DNA of 63,031 nt, filler included, from Thraustochytrium aureum (lineage: Eukaryota): the NCBI GenBank assembly GCA_012862495.1. It is 7 parts of 3 records of this genome, joined end to end, with 100 filler letters (N's around TTAATTAATTAA, not from the genome) between each part and the next. Parts side by side here need not be neighbours in the genome. Positions count along the whole stretch, not along the records: positions 22,040 to 36,368 come from BLSG01000461.1; 6 more parts are not named here. One strand, given 5' to 3'. The notes under the pieces were generated by a model. The model was not told the DNA's origin and ran no database searches. It saw only the letters and a program-made list of their open reading frames with translations. Made by a program: the position numbers and the translations under genes. How positions within the stretch are numbered: position 1 is the stretch's first letter; each line of letters opens with the position of its first letter. This document shows positions 25,001 through 34,574 of this stretch, piece after piece.

Positions 25001-26296
25001 CCCTTTGCATACTGCCGCGCCGTGTTCCTGCTGACGAAGCGGAGCTACTTTTGGGAGGACCTCGACGGCAGCGACGAGATGGTCAAGATTTGGGGCTACC
25101 TCACCGTCCAGGCCGCCGTCTGCTTTGCTGCCACGTTCTACCTCGACGTTGTGCTGCCCAATGAGTTTGGGGTGCGGCGCGGCCCTTTCTTTCCCATCGA
25201 AGACCTTTTCGGTGCAGTGCGTGCTTCCCCCAAGGGCGTGGATCCGGAGAGCTCGATCGAGGACCTGGATTTCGACGAGGCGGACGCGGACCTCGGCGCA
25301 GAGGACCTGGACGTCGTCCGTGAGCGCCGTCTTGTTTTAGCGGAAAGCCCCGAAGTTGAGGACGCCCCGATTCGCATCCTCAACCTGAAGAAGCAGTTCG
25401 GCGCCTTCCAGGCGGTGGATGGCCTTACCATGCACATGAAGGACCGCTCGCTGACGAGCCTGCTGGGCGCCAACGGCGCGGGGAAGTCGACAACGATCTC
25501 CATGCTGACCGGGCTTTTCGGGCCCTCGGGCGGCAACGCCTTTGTGGATGGCAAATCGATTCGCACCGAAATGCACAAAGTTTACCAGGTCATTGGCGTG
25601 TGCCCGCAGCACGACGTGACTTGGCCAGAGCTGACCGTCAAGGAGCACCTCTTGTTCTACGCCCGCCTCAAGGGCGCGTCGCGAGCTGATGAGTTCCGCG
25701 TCGTTCACAACGCGATTGCTGCCGTCCAGCTCACGGGCCATGAGAATAAACGTGCCCGGCAGCTTTCGGGCGGCCAGCGCCGCCGGCTCAGCATCGCCAT
25801 CAGCTTTCTTGGCAACCCGCGCGTCGTCTTCCTCGACGAGCCGACAACTGGCGTCGATCCGGTCACGCGCTCACACGTGCACGAGCTGGTCTTGCGTGAG
25901 AAGACGAAACGCTGCATTGTGCTGACCACGCACTTGATGAGCGAGTCTGAGAAGCTCAGCGACCGCATCGCGATCATGGGCCAGGGCAGGCTCAAGGCGA
26001 TCGGCACGGCCTCAGCGCTCAAGACGAAGTACAACGAGGGCTTCAAGCTCATTCTTGTTGTCACAGACGAGGCAGCTGCTCGTGCGTTTGTTGCGGTGAA
26101 CATGCCCGGGGCTGCTCTGGCATCCAAGGTGAACGCTACCGTAGTCTACAGATTTGACTCCGCAGCAAGCATGCGCCTCGCCGACGTCTGGGAAATCATG
26201 CAAGGTCGTTCTGGTGGTGATGGCATCTCCGACTGGCAGATCTCCGCCACCACTCTCGAGGATGTGTTCGTCCAGATTGCTGCGACCACCAAATAA
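22040..26296 (+). CDS. ABCA: ABCA transporter, C-terminal half (R1, TMD2, NBD2, R2); probably the same gene as 20073..21938 with NBD1 lost in the join
   Basis: DWGLSQTSLEDVF, QVRALFRKS, VHEKENKLRANMLMMGL, Walker A GANGAGKST, signature LSGGQRRRL, Walker B FLDEPTTG, LTTH and TTLEDVF. Frameshift in the G5 run near 24515. Confidence 0.93.
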
Positions 26297-27295
26297 TCTT
26301 TTTATCACCACGAAGACAATGCTGGTGTACTATGCTTACGAGACTTGCATGGAGAGTAAGATCCGCAAGGGGAAGCATTGCGCTCTTGTGGTGGATTCGG
26401 AGACGTATGTACATGAATCAACGCGTCAATGAACAAAGCGAGTGGATTTTTTGTATGTTTCCAATACGAAGTGCTCGCCTTCCTTGACGAGCCTCAGCTC
26501 AGCGGTTTTGGATCTTTNNNNNNNNNNNNNNNNNNNNNNNNNNNNNNNNNNNNNNNNNNNNNNNNNNNNNNNNNNNNNNNNNNNNNNNNNNNNNNNNNNN
26601 NNNNNNNNNNNNNNNNNNNNNNNNNNNNNNNNNNNNNNNNNNNNNNNNNNNNNNNNNNNNNNNNNNNNNNNNNNNNNNNNNNNNNNNNNNNNNNNNNNNN
26701 NNNNNNNNNNNNNNNNNNNNNNNNNNNNNNNNNNNNNNNNNNNNNNNNNNNNNNNNNNNNNNNNNNNNNNNNNNNNNNNNNNNNNNNNNNNNNNNNNNNN
26801 NNNNNNNNNNNNNNNNNNNNNNNNNNNNNNNNNNNNNNNNNNNNNNNNNNNNNNNNNNNNNNNNNNNNNNNNNNNNNNNNNNNNNNNNNNNNNNNNNNNN
26901 NNNNNNNNNNNNNNNNNNNNNNNNNNNNNNNNNNNNNNNNNNNNNNNNNNNNNNNNNNNNNNNNNNNNNNNNNNNNNNNNNNNNNNNNNNNNNNNNNNNN
27001 NNNNNNNNNNNNNNNNNNNNNNNNNNNNNNNNNNNNNNNNNNNNNNNNNNNNNNNNNNNNNNNNNNNNNNNNNNNNNNNNNNNNNNNNNNNNNNNNNNNN
27101 NNNNNNNNNNNNNNNNNNNNNNNNNNNNNNNNNNNNNNNNNNNNNNNNNNNNNNNNNNNNNNNNNNNNNNNNNNNNNNNNNNNNAACAACGACGTAAACA
27201 CGCGACGATGCTTTCATGCTTGTCTCACGATGATTGTGCTGTCGCAACGATGCTTTCATACTTGTCGTGCTGATGATTGCGAAGCTTGTCGCGAC

Positions 27296-27395
27296 GATGC
27301 TTGACACCATGATGCTTGACACCATGATGCTTGACACCATGATGCTGGTATCGTTGCATGATGCTTGACACAATGATGCTTGACACAATGATGCT
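27296..27395 (+). repeat. 15-bp tandem repeat ATGATGCTTGACAC(C/A), two short blocks
   Basis: gatgcttgacaccat x3, then atgatgcttgacaca x2. Confidence 0.9.
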
Positions 27396-27673
27396 CGTGC
27401 TCAGGGCAGGGGCATAAGCGTAGTGGAGGCGAGATCGTCGCCTCAAGCAGCCGCGCGAGCCAAAGCATTAGTGGAGGCACTTGGGGTGCCTGTCACAACG
27501 ATGCTTGTCGAAACGATCAACGATGCTTGTGACATAACTGAAGTAGCAGAAACTAAACTAAACGGCTTACACGCAATCGTCGCTTCAAGCATCCGCGCAA
27601 GCCAAACCATTGACGCGAGAGCGCGTGGAGGTCATGTCACAGCGACGCTTGGGATGTTTGTCACAACGACGCC

Positions 27674-28260
27674 TGTCACCTATTTGATACCGATTAGTCT
27701 GTCCGTCCGTAAACATAACCTATTAGATACTGTCACCTATTTGATAAGCTTAAAGTAGGCGTGTCAGGCTGTCACCTATTTGATAGAGAATTCGAGTGAC
27801 CTCGTTAATCGAAACATGAACACGATCGATTTTCGCATCCAGACTCTGGACCTGGCCGGACCGTAACGGTGACCCCCAAGCGTAACGCTTCACCTATTTG
27901 ATACTGTCACCTATTTGACACAGGGTGTTCACTTTGTTCCGTCACCTATTAGATAATGTAACCTATTTGATAGGCTTAAAGTAGGCGTGTCAGGCCGTAA
28001 CCTATTTGATAAGGAATTCGAGTGACCTCGTTAATCGAAACATGAACACGATCGATTTTCGAATTTTTCGCATCCAGACTCTGGACCTGGCCGGACCGTA
28101 ACGGTGACCCCCAAGCGTAACGCCTCACCTATTAGATACTGTTACCTATTTGATACAGAGTGTTCACTTTGTTCTCCGTCACCTATTAGATAGTGTTACC
28201 TATTTGATTCAGGTTGTTCACTCTGTTCCGTCACCTATTACATACTGTCACCTATTCCAT
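27674..28260 (+). repeat. Array of 15 direct ACCTATT(T/A)GAT-like boxes, including a ~230-bp higher-order duplication
   Basis: Boxes at 27678, 27718, 27735, 27774, 27892, 27909, 27944, 27961, 28000, 28127, 28144, 28181, 28198, 28233 and 28250. Units 27718-27943 and 27944-28180 are near-identical. Confidence 0.93.
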
Positions 28261-28484
28261 AGTCGAGCGCCCTTCCAAGCTCAACTGCCTCTACAAATGC
28301 TCCACGCGCTCTTGCATCAATACTTTCGCTTGCGCTGCTCAACGATGCGACGCTTGCGTGTATACCTACTATTGCCACTTGTCGCAACAACGAAGCTCTC
28401 AACACGNNNNNNNNNNNNNNNNNNNNNNNNNNNNNNNNNNNNNNNNNNNNNNNNNNNNNNNNNNNNNNNNAAGAGTTGCGATTA

Positions 28485-29628
28485 TGGCGTCTTCGTCGTC
28501 ATCTTCAAGAATCCCACCGCGCAGGCGGCGCGCTGTACGTCAGATTGGGAGTATCCATATTGATTTCAGCGATTTCACGTTCAAACCAGCGAATACCAAT
28601 GCTACGCTAACTCTCGCAGGCGCGTTGGAGTTTTTCCATGCATCTCCTGAAGATGTCAAGAGACAAATCAGATTGCCCTTTTCAGATGCACTTGCTGTAT
28701 ACATCACAGATCGAGTTTATGGAATTAACGCTACTGACCAACCCCTTTTGCTCCTGCTCACGTTGGAGATCAACGCTCGCTTGGGGGGACAATCACCACG
28801 GCCGACATGCCTCGCGCGCTGTCCGCATACATCCCCCCGCTCGATGCGCGAGCGAATATCTCCGTGAACAACATTCCGATTAATGTAGGGAGTGCGCGGG
28901 ACGCAAAATACATAAATTACGACATCGATCTCGCCGATTTCACGAATACACAACAGCTGCCTTTGCTTGGAGGCAAAGGTTGCGCTGAGAACGCAAACCT
29001 AATAATTCGCTGGAAATTTAGCGAGGCATTGGCACAACAACTGGTGCATCAATTGTCGGGCAGGAGTGGCGTGTATGACGATCACACGATGCGACTCATC
29101 ATAGATAGGTTCGATGGCACCCATTACCCAATTCGCAAAGATACGATTTTTGGCTTCAATGGGCTGACTGGAAGAAAAATAGGAAAAGTATCCGTGTCTT
29201 TCACGGCACGTGAAGGAAGCTTGACCGTTTCAGCCGGAGGAACGAACAAACTGTTCTTGTTGCTTGTGAACGACATCTTCTGTCGACTGTTCAAAAAATT
29301 GGGGGGGTTCCATATAAATTTCCCACGACTCTCATCGTTTTACCCTTCTCCAAATCCCATGGTTTGTACGTTATTGGGCCCAGGCCTTCGTACGCCTGAC
29401 GAAATAGATGCTGTGCGAAGTATGCTTGAGTTGCGGAGTGGGCACCCACCAGTGCCCAGTAGGACTGCGAGCTTTCGTGATCGTGCTCTGGGTACTGATC
29501 GGGGTGGGCATATTCAACGTTTTGCAGCGCAGATGGCCGGACGAGGTGGCAGTGGTGATCGCCGCGATGATGTTCCGGATGGCGGCGTTAGTGCGATTTG
29601 CGCGGGGTGTGGGGCAATGGTACTGTGA
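28485..29628 (+). CDS. Island orphan protein (frameshift in G6 run near 28785), ends SAICAGCGAMVL
   Basis: MASSSSSSRIPPRRRR frame (to 28867) is joinable to ORF 28807..29628. Confidence 0.55.
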
Positions 29629-29785
29629 AAATGGCGCTCGAGTTTGCGCCTGAGCGCGTTGTCGTGGACAAGTCACCCTCCTGGCTTGGCAGCTTGACGC
29701 GCAATTTTGCGGTGGCTTTGGTATTCTCATTTGTGCCCTTGCACGATGGGGGAAAAAAATACTATCGCGTCTTGACAACCAGAAA

Positions 29786-30904
29786 ATGGATTTCACTTCA
29801 ACAATCACAAAGTGCTCCAACACAAACCTAAACTACGATTTCGCGGAGTATTGTCAAAGCCATGATTACCGGCCAACAAAATCTCAGGTGGGGCTAAGCC
29901 CAGCTGGAGACACCGGCATCATGTCTGCCACAATCAACATCAAAGAGCAAACGTTTTTCATCGTTGGCAAGAGCAGGGCCTTCACCGAATCCGATTTCGG
30001 CGAAGGCCCAGATTACGATATCTCCAAGCAAATTTTCACAGGCATGGTCAATCAAATCCTTGTTTTGTTCAAATCCGAAAATGCTGCGGAAAGCGAACTG
30101 AGTGGCGCAATGTCGGAAGACATTTCCGAGCGATACAGACAGGATCAGAATTACCCTTTCTACGCAACGCCCATGCACAATCGATACGCGTTCAAGAACA
30201 TGGCCACACACTTCGTGGCAAGTGTTGAAAGCTCAATTGCAAAGATTCGAGAGACTATTGCAACTGAAGACATCTCTTTTGGCTTGGCGTTTGGATTCGT
30301 TGACCCCAAAGACGGAGACGTTTACGTTGCAAACGTTGGCGAATGTGGAGCGTCTTTGTGGTTCTCCAACAGGCACAATGCAAGCGAAAGGCTCTTTCCA
30401 AACACAACAGCTCTTAACGCGCAAGTGTACCCCAACTGTGCAACGACGCCACATACCTTTGCAACAGATGGCGGGTGGGTCGACAACTTCGCAAATGTAG
30501 GCAAACGTGGTAAGTACGCAGCGTTACTTAGCGCGTTTCGATCATCTCGCCTCGTTGGAGCCACGTACGATGAAAAGCGTAACCCGAAGTTGTCAGGTGA
30601 AACGTTTGCGCAAGTTTCTGGACGTAGCGATTTGTACCCGCGCGCGCGCTATTTCGGGGGCGACGTTGTCTGGAGAGCGGGCCCTGTTCATCTTTTCACT
30701 GACATTGACCCAAGGCTCGTGCGATACGACCCTGACGTGCACGTGTGGAACATTGATCGCCATAGGGAGGATGGTGCCAAATTCTCTCTCAAGGTGGGCT
30801 TTTGGATGGAATCATCGATGGAATCTGTGTTGGAGTTCGAAATTGCTAAAGGCGCGAGTGCGACCTGTGCTGGGTGCGGGGCCCAAGTTTGCGCTGGTGT
30901 GTGA
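29786..30904 (+). CDS. Island protein with degenerate PP2C-like motifs; may start at ATG 29631 via a homopolymer frameshift
   Basis: 372-aa ORF. DVYVANVGECGASL resembles PP2C LYVANVGDSRAVL, and SSRLVG resembles SRAxG. Confidence 0.55.
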   Translation: MDFTSTITKCSNTNLNYDFAEYCQSHDYRPTKSQVGLSPAGDTGIMSATINIKEQTFFIVGKSRAFTESDFGEGPDYDISKQIFTGMVNQILVLFKSENAAESELSGAMSEDISERYRQDQNYPFYATPMHNRYAFKNMATHFVASVESSIAKIRETIATEDISFGLAFGFVDPKDGDVYVANVGECGASLWFSNRHNASERLFPNTTALNAQVYPNCATTPHTFATDGGWVDNFANVGKRGKYAALLSAFRSSRLVGATYDEKRNPKLSGETFAQVSGRSDLYPRARYFGGDVVWRAGPVHLFTDIDPRLVRYDPDVHVWNIDRHREDGAKFSLKVGFWMESSMESVLEFEIAKGASATCAGCGAQVCAGV

Positions 30905-31181
30905 ATCGAACCCTCAAGGTGTGCCAGCCCGACAGCCGCGGCCACCTCGACGTACAGAGGGTTGATGCGAAGCTGGGGGTGGCTTTGAAGAATCTGTGAT
31001 CAAAGACTTGCCCGCCACTTCGCGAGATGAGAGGGTGTCTGTGGTCGTAGATGATTATGTGCACTTCAATCGCCTCGTTGTCCACAGATGGATCGGTGCC
31101 GGTAACAAAGTGACTCGCTAACAAGGTTTGGGAATGACGTCATCGCCTATTCTAATTTGTTATGGATTTAGTGTTAAATCG

Positions 31182-31415
31182 ATGAACCCTCTTCAAGTCG
31201 TCGCAAACCACCGCGACAAAGCACGAGAAATACTCTCCAGAGCGAGGCGGGTTGAGCGTAGGAAACGCCCCCGCGAGCACATGTCATGTTCACGTGAAGG
31301 GTGCATCAAACTTGCTGCTGTGGCATGCATGAACCTGCGCTGCGCCATATGCTGCCCAGGAGATTGCGCAAGGCACCCAAACAAGAGGCCAAGATCAACC
31401 TGCCCCGCGCGCTAG
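31182..31415 (+). CDS. Small basic protein with Cys/His zinc finger (SHI/LRP1-like spacing)
   Basis: CSREGCIKLAAVACMNLRCAICCPGDCARH flanked by RRKRPR and NKRPR. Confidence 0.55.
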   Translation: MNPLQVVANHRDKAREILSRARRVERRKRPREHMSCSREGCIKLAAVACMNLRCAICCPGDCARHPNKRPRSTCPAR

Positions 31416-31492
31416 CCACCCCGCATGGTCGGGGGTGTACAGAAACTGGTGGTAAAAAAAATTTGTTAAAAGGAAGAGTTACAGACGCCCAT

Positions 31493-32362
31493 ATGGAGCA
31501 TCAGCAAGAGCGCCTGCAGCGTCAGCACCAGCGAATTAGGGAGCAGCAGGCTCTGGAGCAGCANNNNNNNNNNNNNNNNNNNNNNNNNNNNNNNNNNNNN
31601 NNNNNNNNNNNNNNNNNNNNNNNNNNNNNNNNNNNNNNNNNNNNNNNNNNNNNNNNNNNNNNNNNNNNNNNNNNNNNNNNNNNNNNNNNNNNNNNNNNNN
31701 NNNNNNNNNNNNNNNNNNNNNNNNNNNNNNNNNNNNNNNNNNNNNNNNNNNNNNNNNNNNNNNNNNNNNNNNNNNNNNNNNNNNNNNNNNNNNNNNNNNN
31801 NNNNNNNNNNNNNNNNNNNNNNNNNNNNNNNNNNNNNNNNNNNNNNNNNNNNNNNNNNNNNNNNNNNNNNNNNNNNNNNNNNNNNNNNNNNNNNNNNNNN
31901 NNNNNNNNNNNNNNNNNNNNNNNNNNNNNNNNNNNNNNNNNNNNNNNNNNNNNNNNNNNNNNNNNNNNNNNNNNNNNNNNNNNNNNNNNNNNNNNNNNNN
32001 NNNNNNNNNNNNNNNNNNNNNNNNNNNNNNNNNNNNNNNNNNNNNNNNNNNNNNNNNNNNNNNNNNNNNNNNNNNNNNNNNNNNNNNNNNNNNNNNNNNN
32101 NNNNNNNNNNNNNNNNNNNNNNNNNNNNNNNNNNNNNNNNNNNNNNNNNNNNNNNNNNNATGAATCGCATGGCTCGACGATACCCGAGGACAAACGCATT
32201 GGCGAGGTGGAAATGGCATTTTTGTTGCTCAGGGGGACGAATCTCGCCGCGCAAGTGCATGAGAAAGGCCGATATCACGAGGCTGTTCGCAAGGCGATGG
32301 GGTTGGACGAACTCAAGCTCGTGCAAATGGCCATGGTGGCACACGAACTCCTTGCATCCTGA
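31493..32362 (+). CDS. Island protein with Gln-rich N-terminus, mostly in a gap
   Basis: MEHQQERLQRQHQRIREQQ before the gap; open frame ending VAHELLAS after it. Confidence 0.35.
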   Translation: MEHQQERLQRQHQRIREQQALEQXXXXXXXXXXXXXXXXXXXXXXXXXXXXXXXXXXXXXXXXXXXXXXXXXXXXXXXXXXXXXXXXXXXXXXXXXXXXXXXXXXXXXXXXXXXXXXXXXXXXXXXXXXXXXXXXXXXXXXXXXXXXXXXXXXXXXXXXXXXXXXXXXXXXXXXXXXXXXXXXXXXXXXXXXXXXXXXXXXXXXXXXXXXXXXXXXXXXXXXXESHGSTIPEDKRIGEVEMAFLLLRGTNLAAQVHEKGRYHEAVRKAMGLDELKLVQMAMVAHELLAS

Positions 32363-32430
32363 AAGTTAGAACAAATATTTGTACCCCCACCCCTCAATCA
32401 GCTCGCGGGCGTCACCAGACCCCATTCAAG

Positions 32431-32604
32431 ATGGAGCGCTCCAAGAGTAGGGTAAGCGCTGTCCTGCGCACGATACGTGAAGGAGCAAGAGAAGAGAACC
32501 CACTCCTGCCATGCACTGACGAGGCAAGCAAGCGCAAACGTCGCATGGCGCGTTATAGGGCAAGAGTCTTTTGGGTTAGCGTAGTAGCGCGAATTGCAAG
32601 ATGA
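32431..32604 (+). CDS. 57-aa basic ORF whose stop overlaps the GNAT start (ATGA)
   Basis: Hand translation MERSKSRVSAVLRTIREG...VVARIAR*; it has the same CAAG-ATG start context as the next gene. Confidence 0.35.
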   Translation: MERSKSRVSAVLRTIREGAREENPLLPCTDEASKRKRRMARYRARVFWVSVVARIAR

Positions 32605-33044
32605 ACATTTCTACTACGACGCTTTCATGCCATCCTCATCACCTGAAGAGCATCGCGCAAGCTCTCTCCGACGCGTTTACCATCGATGCATCGACGTACG
32701 CCTGTGATCTCGCGCGAAATGCGGAGCGCACCTTCATTGTGCTCGATGGCGAAAACGATTGGATCGCTTGCGCTGCGTTGAACGAGAAGGACAATGACAA
32801 CGATGTTGTCGAAGAAGGGCAACTCTACCTCTGCGACGTGTACGTCAGGGGCGAGCATCGCTCGAGGGGCTTTGCGAAGATGGTGGTAGGGAGCGCCATT
32901 GCGTTTGCATCTGAAAACGGGATTCGCACATTGAAGCTTCACTGCTTTACAGCGGAGGCTGCTGCTCTGTATGGAAAGTTTGGCTTTCTTTCAATAGAGC
33001 CGGGCGCGCTGACGATGCGAGCTTGTCTCTTTCTCGAAGCATAG
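32601..33044 (+). CDS. GNAT family N-acetyltransferase
   Basis: Motif A LYLCDVYVRGEHRSRGFAKMVV and motif B LKLHC...AAALYGKFGF. Confidence 0.85.
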   Translation: MNISTTTLSCHPHHLKSIAQALSDAFTIDASTYACDLARNAERTFIVLDGENDWIACAALNEKDNDNDVVEEGQLYLCDVYVRGEHRSRGFAKMVVGSAIAFASENGIRTLKLHCFTAEAAALYGKFGFLSIEPGALTMRACLFLEA

Positions 33045-33580
33045 GTCGTGAAAAGTTTTTCCTCGTTCGATTTCGAGAAATGCAAGAGTCTGGCGGGGCC
33101 TCGCGAGGGTTTCTCCTCAGTAGAGATGCTCGTGGGGACGTGTGGATCACCAATCGCTTGACAGAAGAAAAGTGTAAATGGTTTGTTGATGAAAACAGCG
33201 AATGCATCCTTGTTGGGGAAAATTCTTCAGAATGCAACGACGTCTTTCTCCAAGGCTTTGCTGCTAACCCTGACGCCGTTTTCGAAGAACTCCTCAACCT
33301 GTACAGTGAGTATCCAGACAGGCGCCAGGATACGCTTTCCAACTACTTTGTGCCTCTCCGGGAATTTGCACATGGCGTACCCAGATTTGCTCAGAGCAAG
33401 TGGGGGGATCCACAGTTCCTAAATGCACTGAAGCAGATCAAGGGGTGGGGTGGTAATTTGCTGTTCTGCAAGTTTGCTCATCCCAACGCAGGACCAGCTA
33501 CATGGTCAACGCAACCCCCCTGGGTCATTCTCGCCCTGTTGAAAGCGTATCCGCTTAAATTTAAACCTAAAGTATCATAG
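33023..33580 (+). CDS. Island orphan protein (start uncertain; first ATG at 33080)
   Basis: 185-aa ORF with globular composition abutting the GNAT. Confidence 0.5.
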   Translation: MSLSRSIGREKFFLVRFREMQESGGASRGFLLSRDARGDVWITNRLTEEKCKWFVDENSECILVGENSSECNDVFLQGFAANPDAVFEELLNLYSEYPDRRQDTLSNYFVPLREFAHGVPRFAQSKWGDPQFLNALKQIKGWGGNLLFCKFAHPNAGPATWSTQPPWVILALLKAYPLKFKPKVS

Positions 33581-33607
33581 ATAACCCAGATTTTCTGTGC
33601 CCGGTTT

Positions 33608-34562
33608 ATGGAGGGGCCGCCTAAGAGGCAAAAGTCTTCGTCGTCGGGATGATGAGAGGGCGAAGACCGCTTTATGGCCGACATGAACAGTCATGTGGCG
33701 GATGAGGATGTTGCGCGCGCCGTTGATGTCGCGATCAGCATTCATGTTGCACCTGGGACAGATAAATGTCTTAGACCTCCCCAGCTCGGCGTGGTTTTTG
33801 CCGCACGACCCACAGGTCTTGCTGGTATAGGGCTCCTCGGTCTCGATGACCTTGGTCCAAGTGTTGAGTTCGGAAACGCGCGCATAGATAACGCGCCTTC
33901 GATCTCAATGGCTCCCGTCAACACCAAATCTTGATTAGATGTCTCAAATGTGGTACGTTCGTTTACCACCGGGGAAACGGATGGCTCGAACTGCCCCCCC
34001 GATCTCCCACTTTCGCAGGGTATCGGAGGAGCATCCATGTTTGGACATAAAATACTTGGCAGGTTTGTATTCGTCTTTTGGGATTCTGGCAGGCATGCGA
34101 ATTCTCGCGTTGGGGATCTGCTGAATCTGCCCGCCGAGCGCCCTGTTTGCATTTACCCCTAGGGTGGAAATTTTTCATCCCTACACTTCAACTGGAAGCG
34201 TAGGGGTAAACGAGAATCTGGATTTACTGAGAGGAACTGGGTTTGTTCTCTACGGAAATCCAGAGCAAGTAAAAGCGGAGATGCGATGGATTCGCAACGA
34301 CGGGGCGTCGCAACTAACACAAGCGCCGCATATGGCGCTGCCACTTTTTGAGAGGTTTCAAGCGCGAGCTCCCGCCCCAGCCCCCGCTCCAGCGCCTCCC
34401 GCCCCTCTGGTAGATAGAAGACAGCGTCGCCGGGATGAAGCTGGCGGTGTTGGCCAGCATTCGTCAGCCCAGCCCCAGCGCCAGCCCAACGCGCAACAAC
34501 CCGGTAGCTCTTCTGCTGTTGGCACCCCCAGCTCCACGCAAGGCGGCGAAAAAAAATCGTAG
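33608..34562 (+). pseudogene. Disrupted island gene (frameshifts plus in-frame TGA at 33932-33934)
   Basis: Starts MEGPPKRQK. ORFs 33674..33934 and 33950..34162 are in the same frame across one stop, then shift to 34164..34562 (PAPAPAP). Confidence 0.4.
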
Positions 34563-34574
34563 CAAAATAATAGG

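Noticed and set aside
27674..28260. CRISPR array interpretation of the ACCTATT repeats
   Set aside because: The repeats are only ~11-17 bp, spacing is irregular, the intervening sequences are themselves duplicated, and there are no cas genes.
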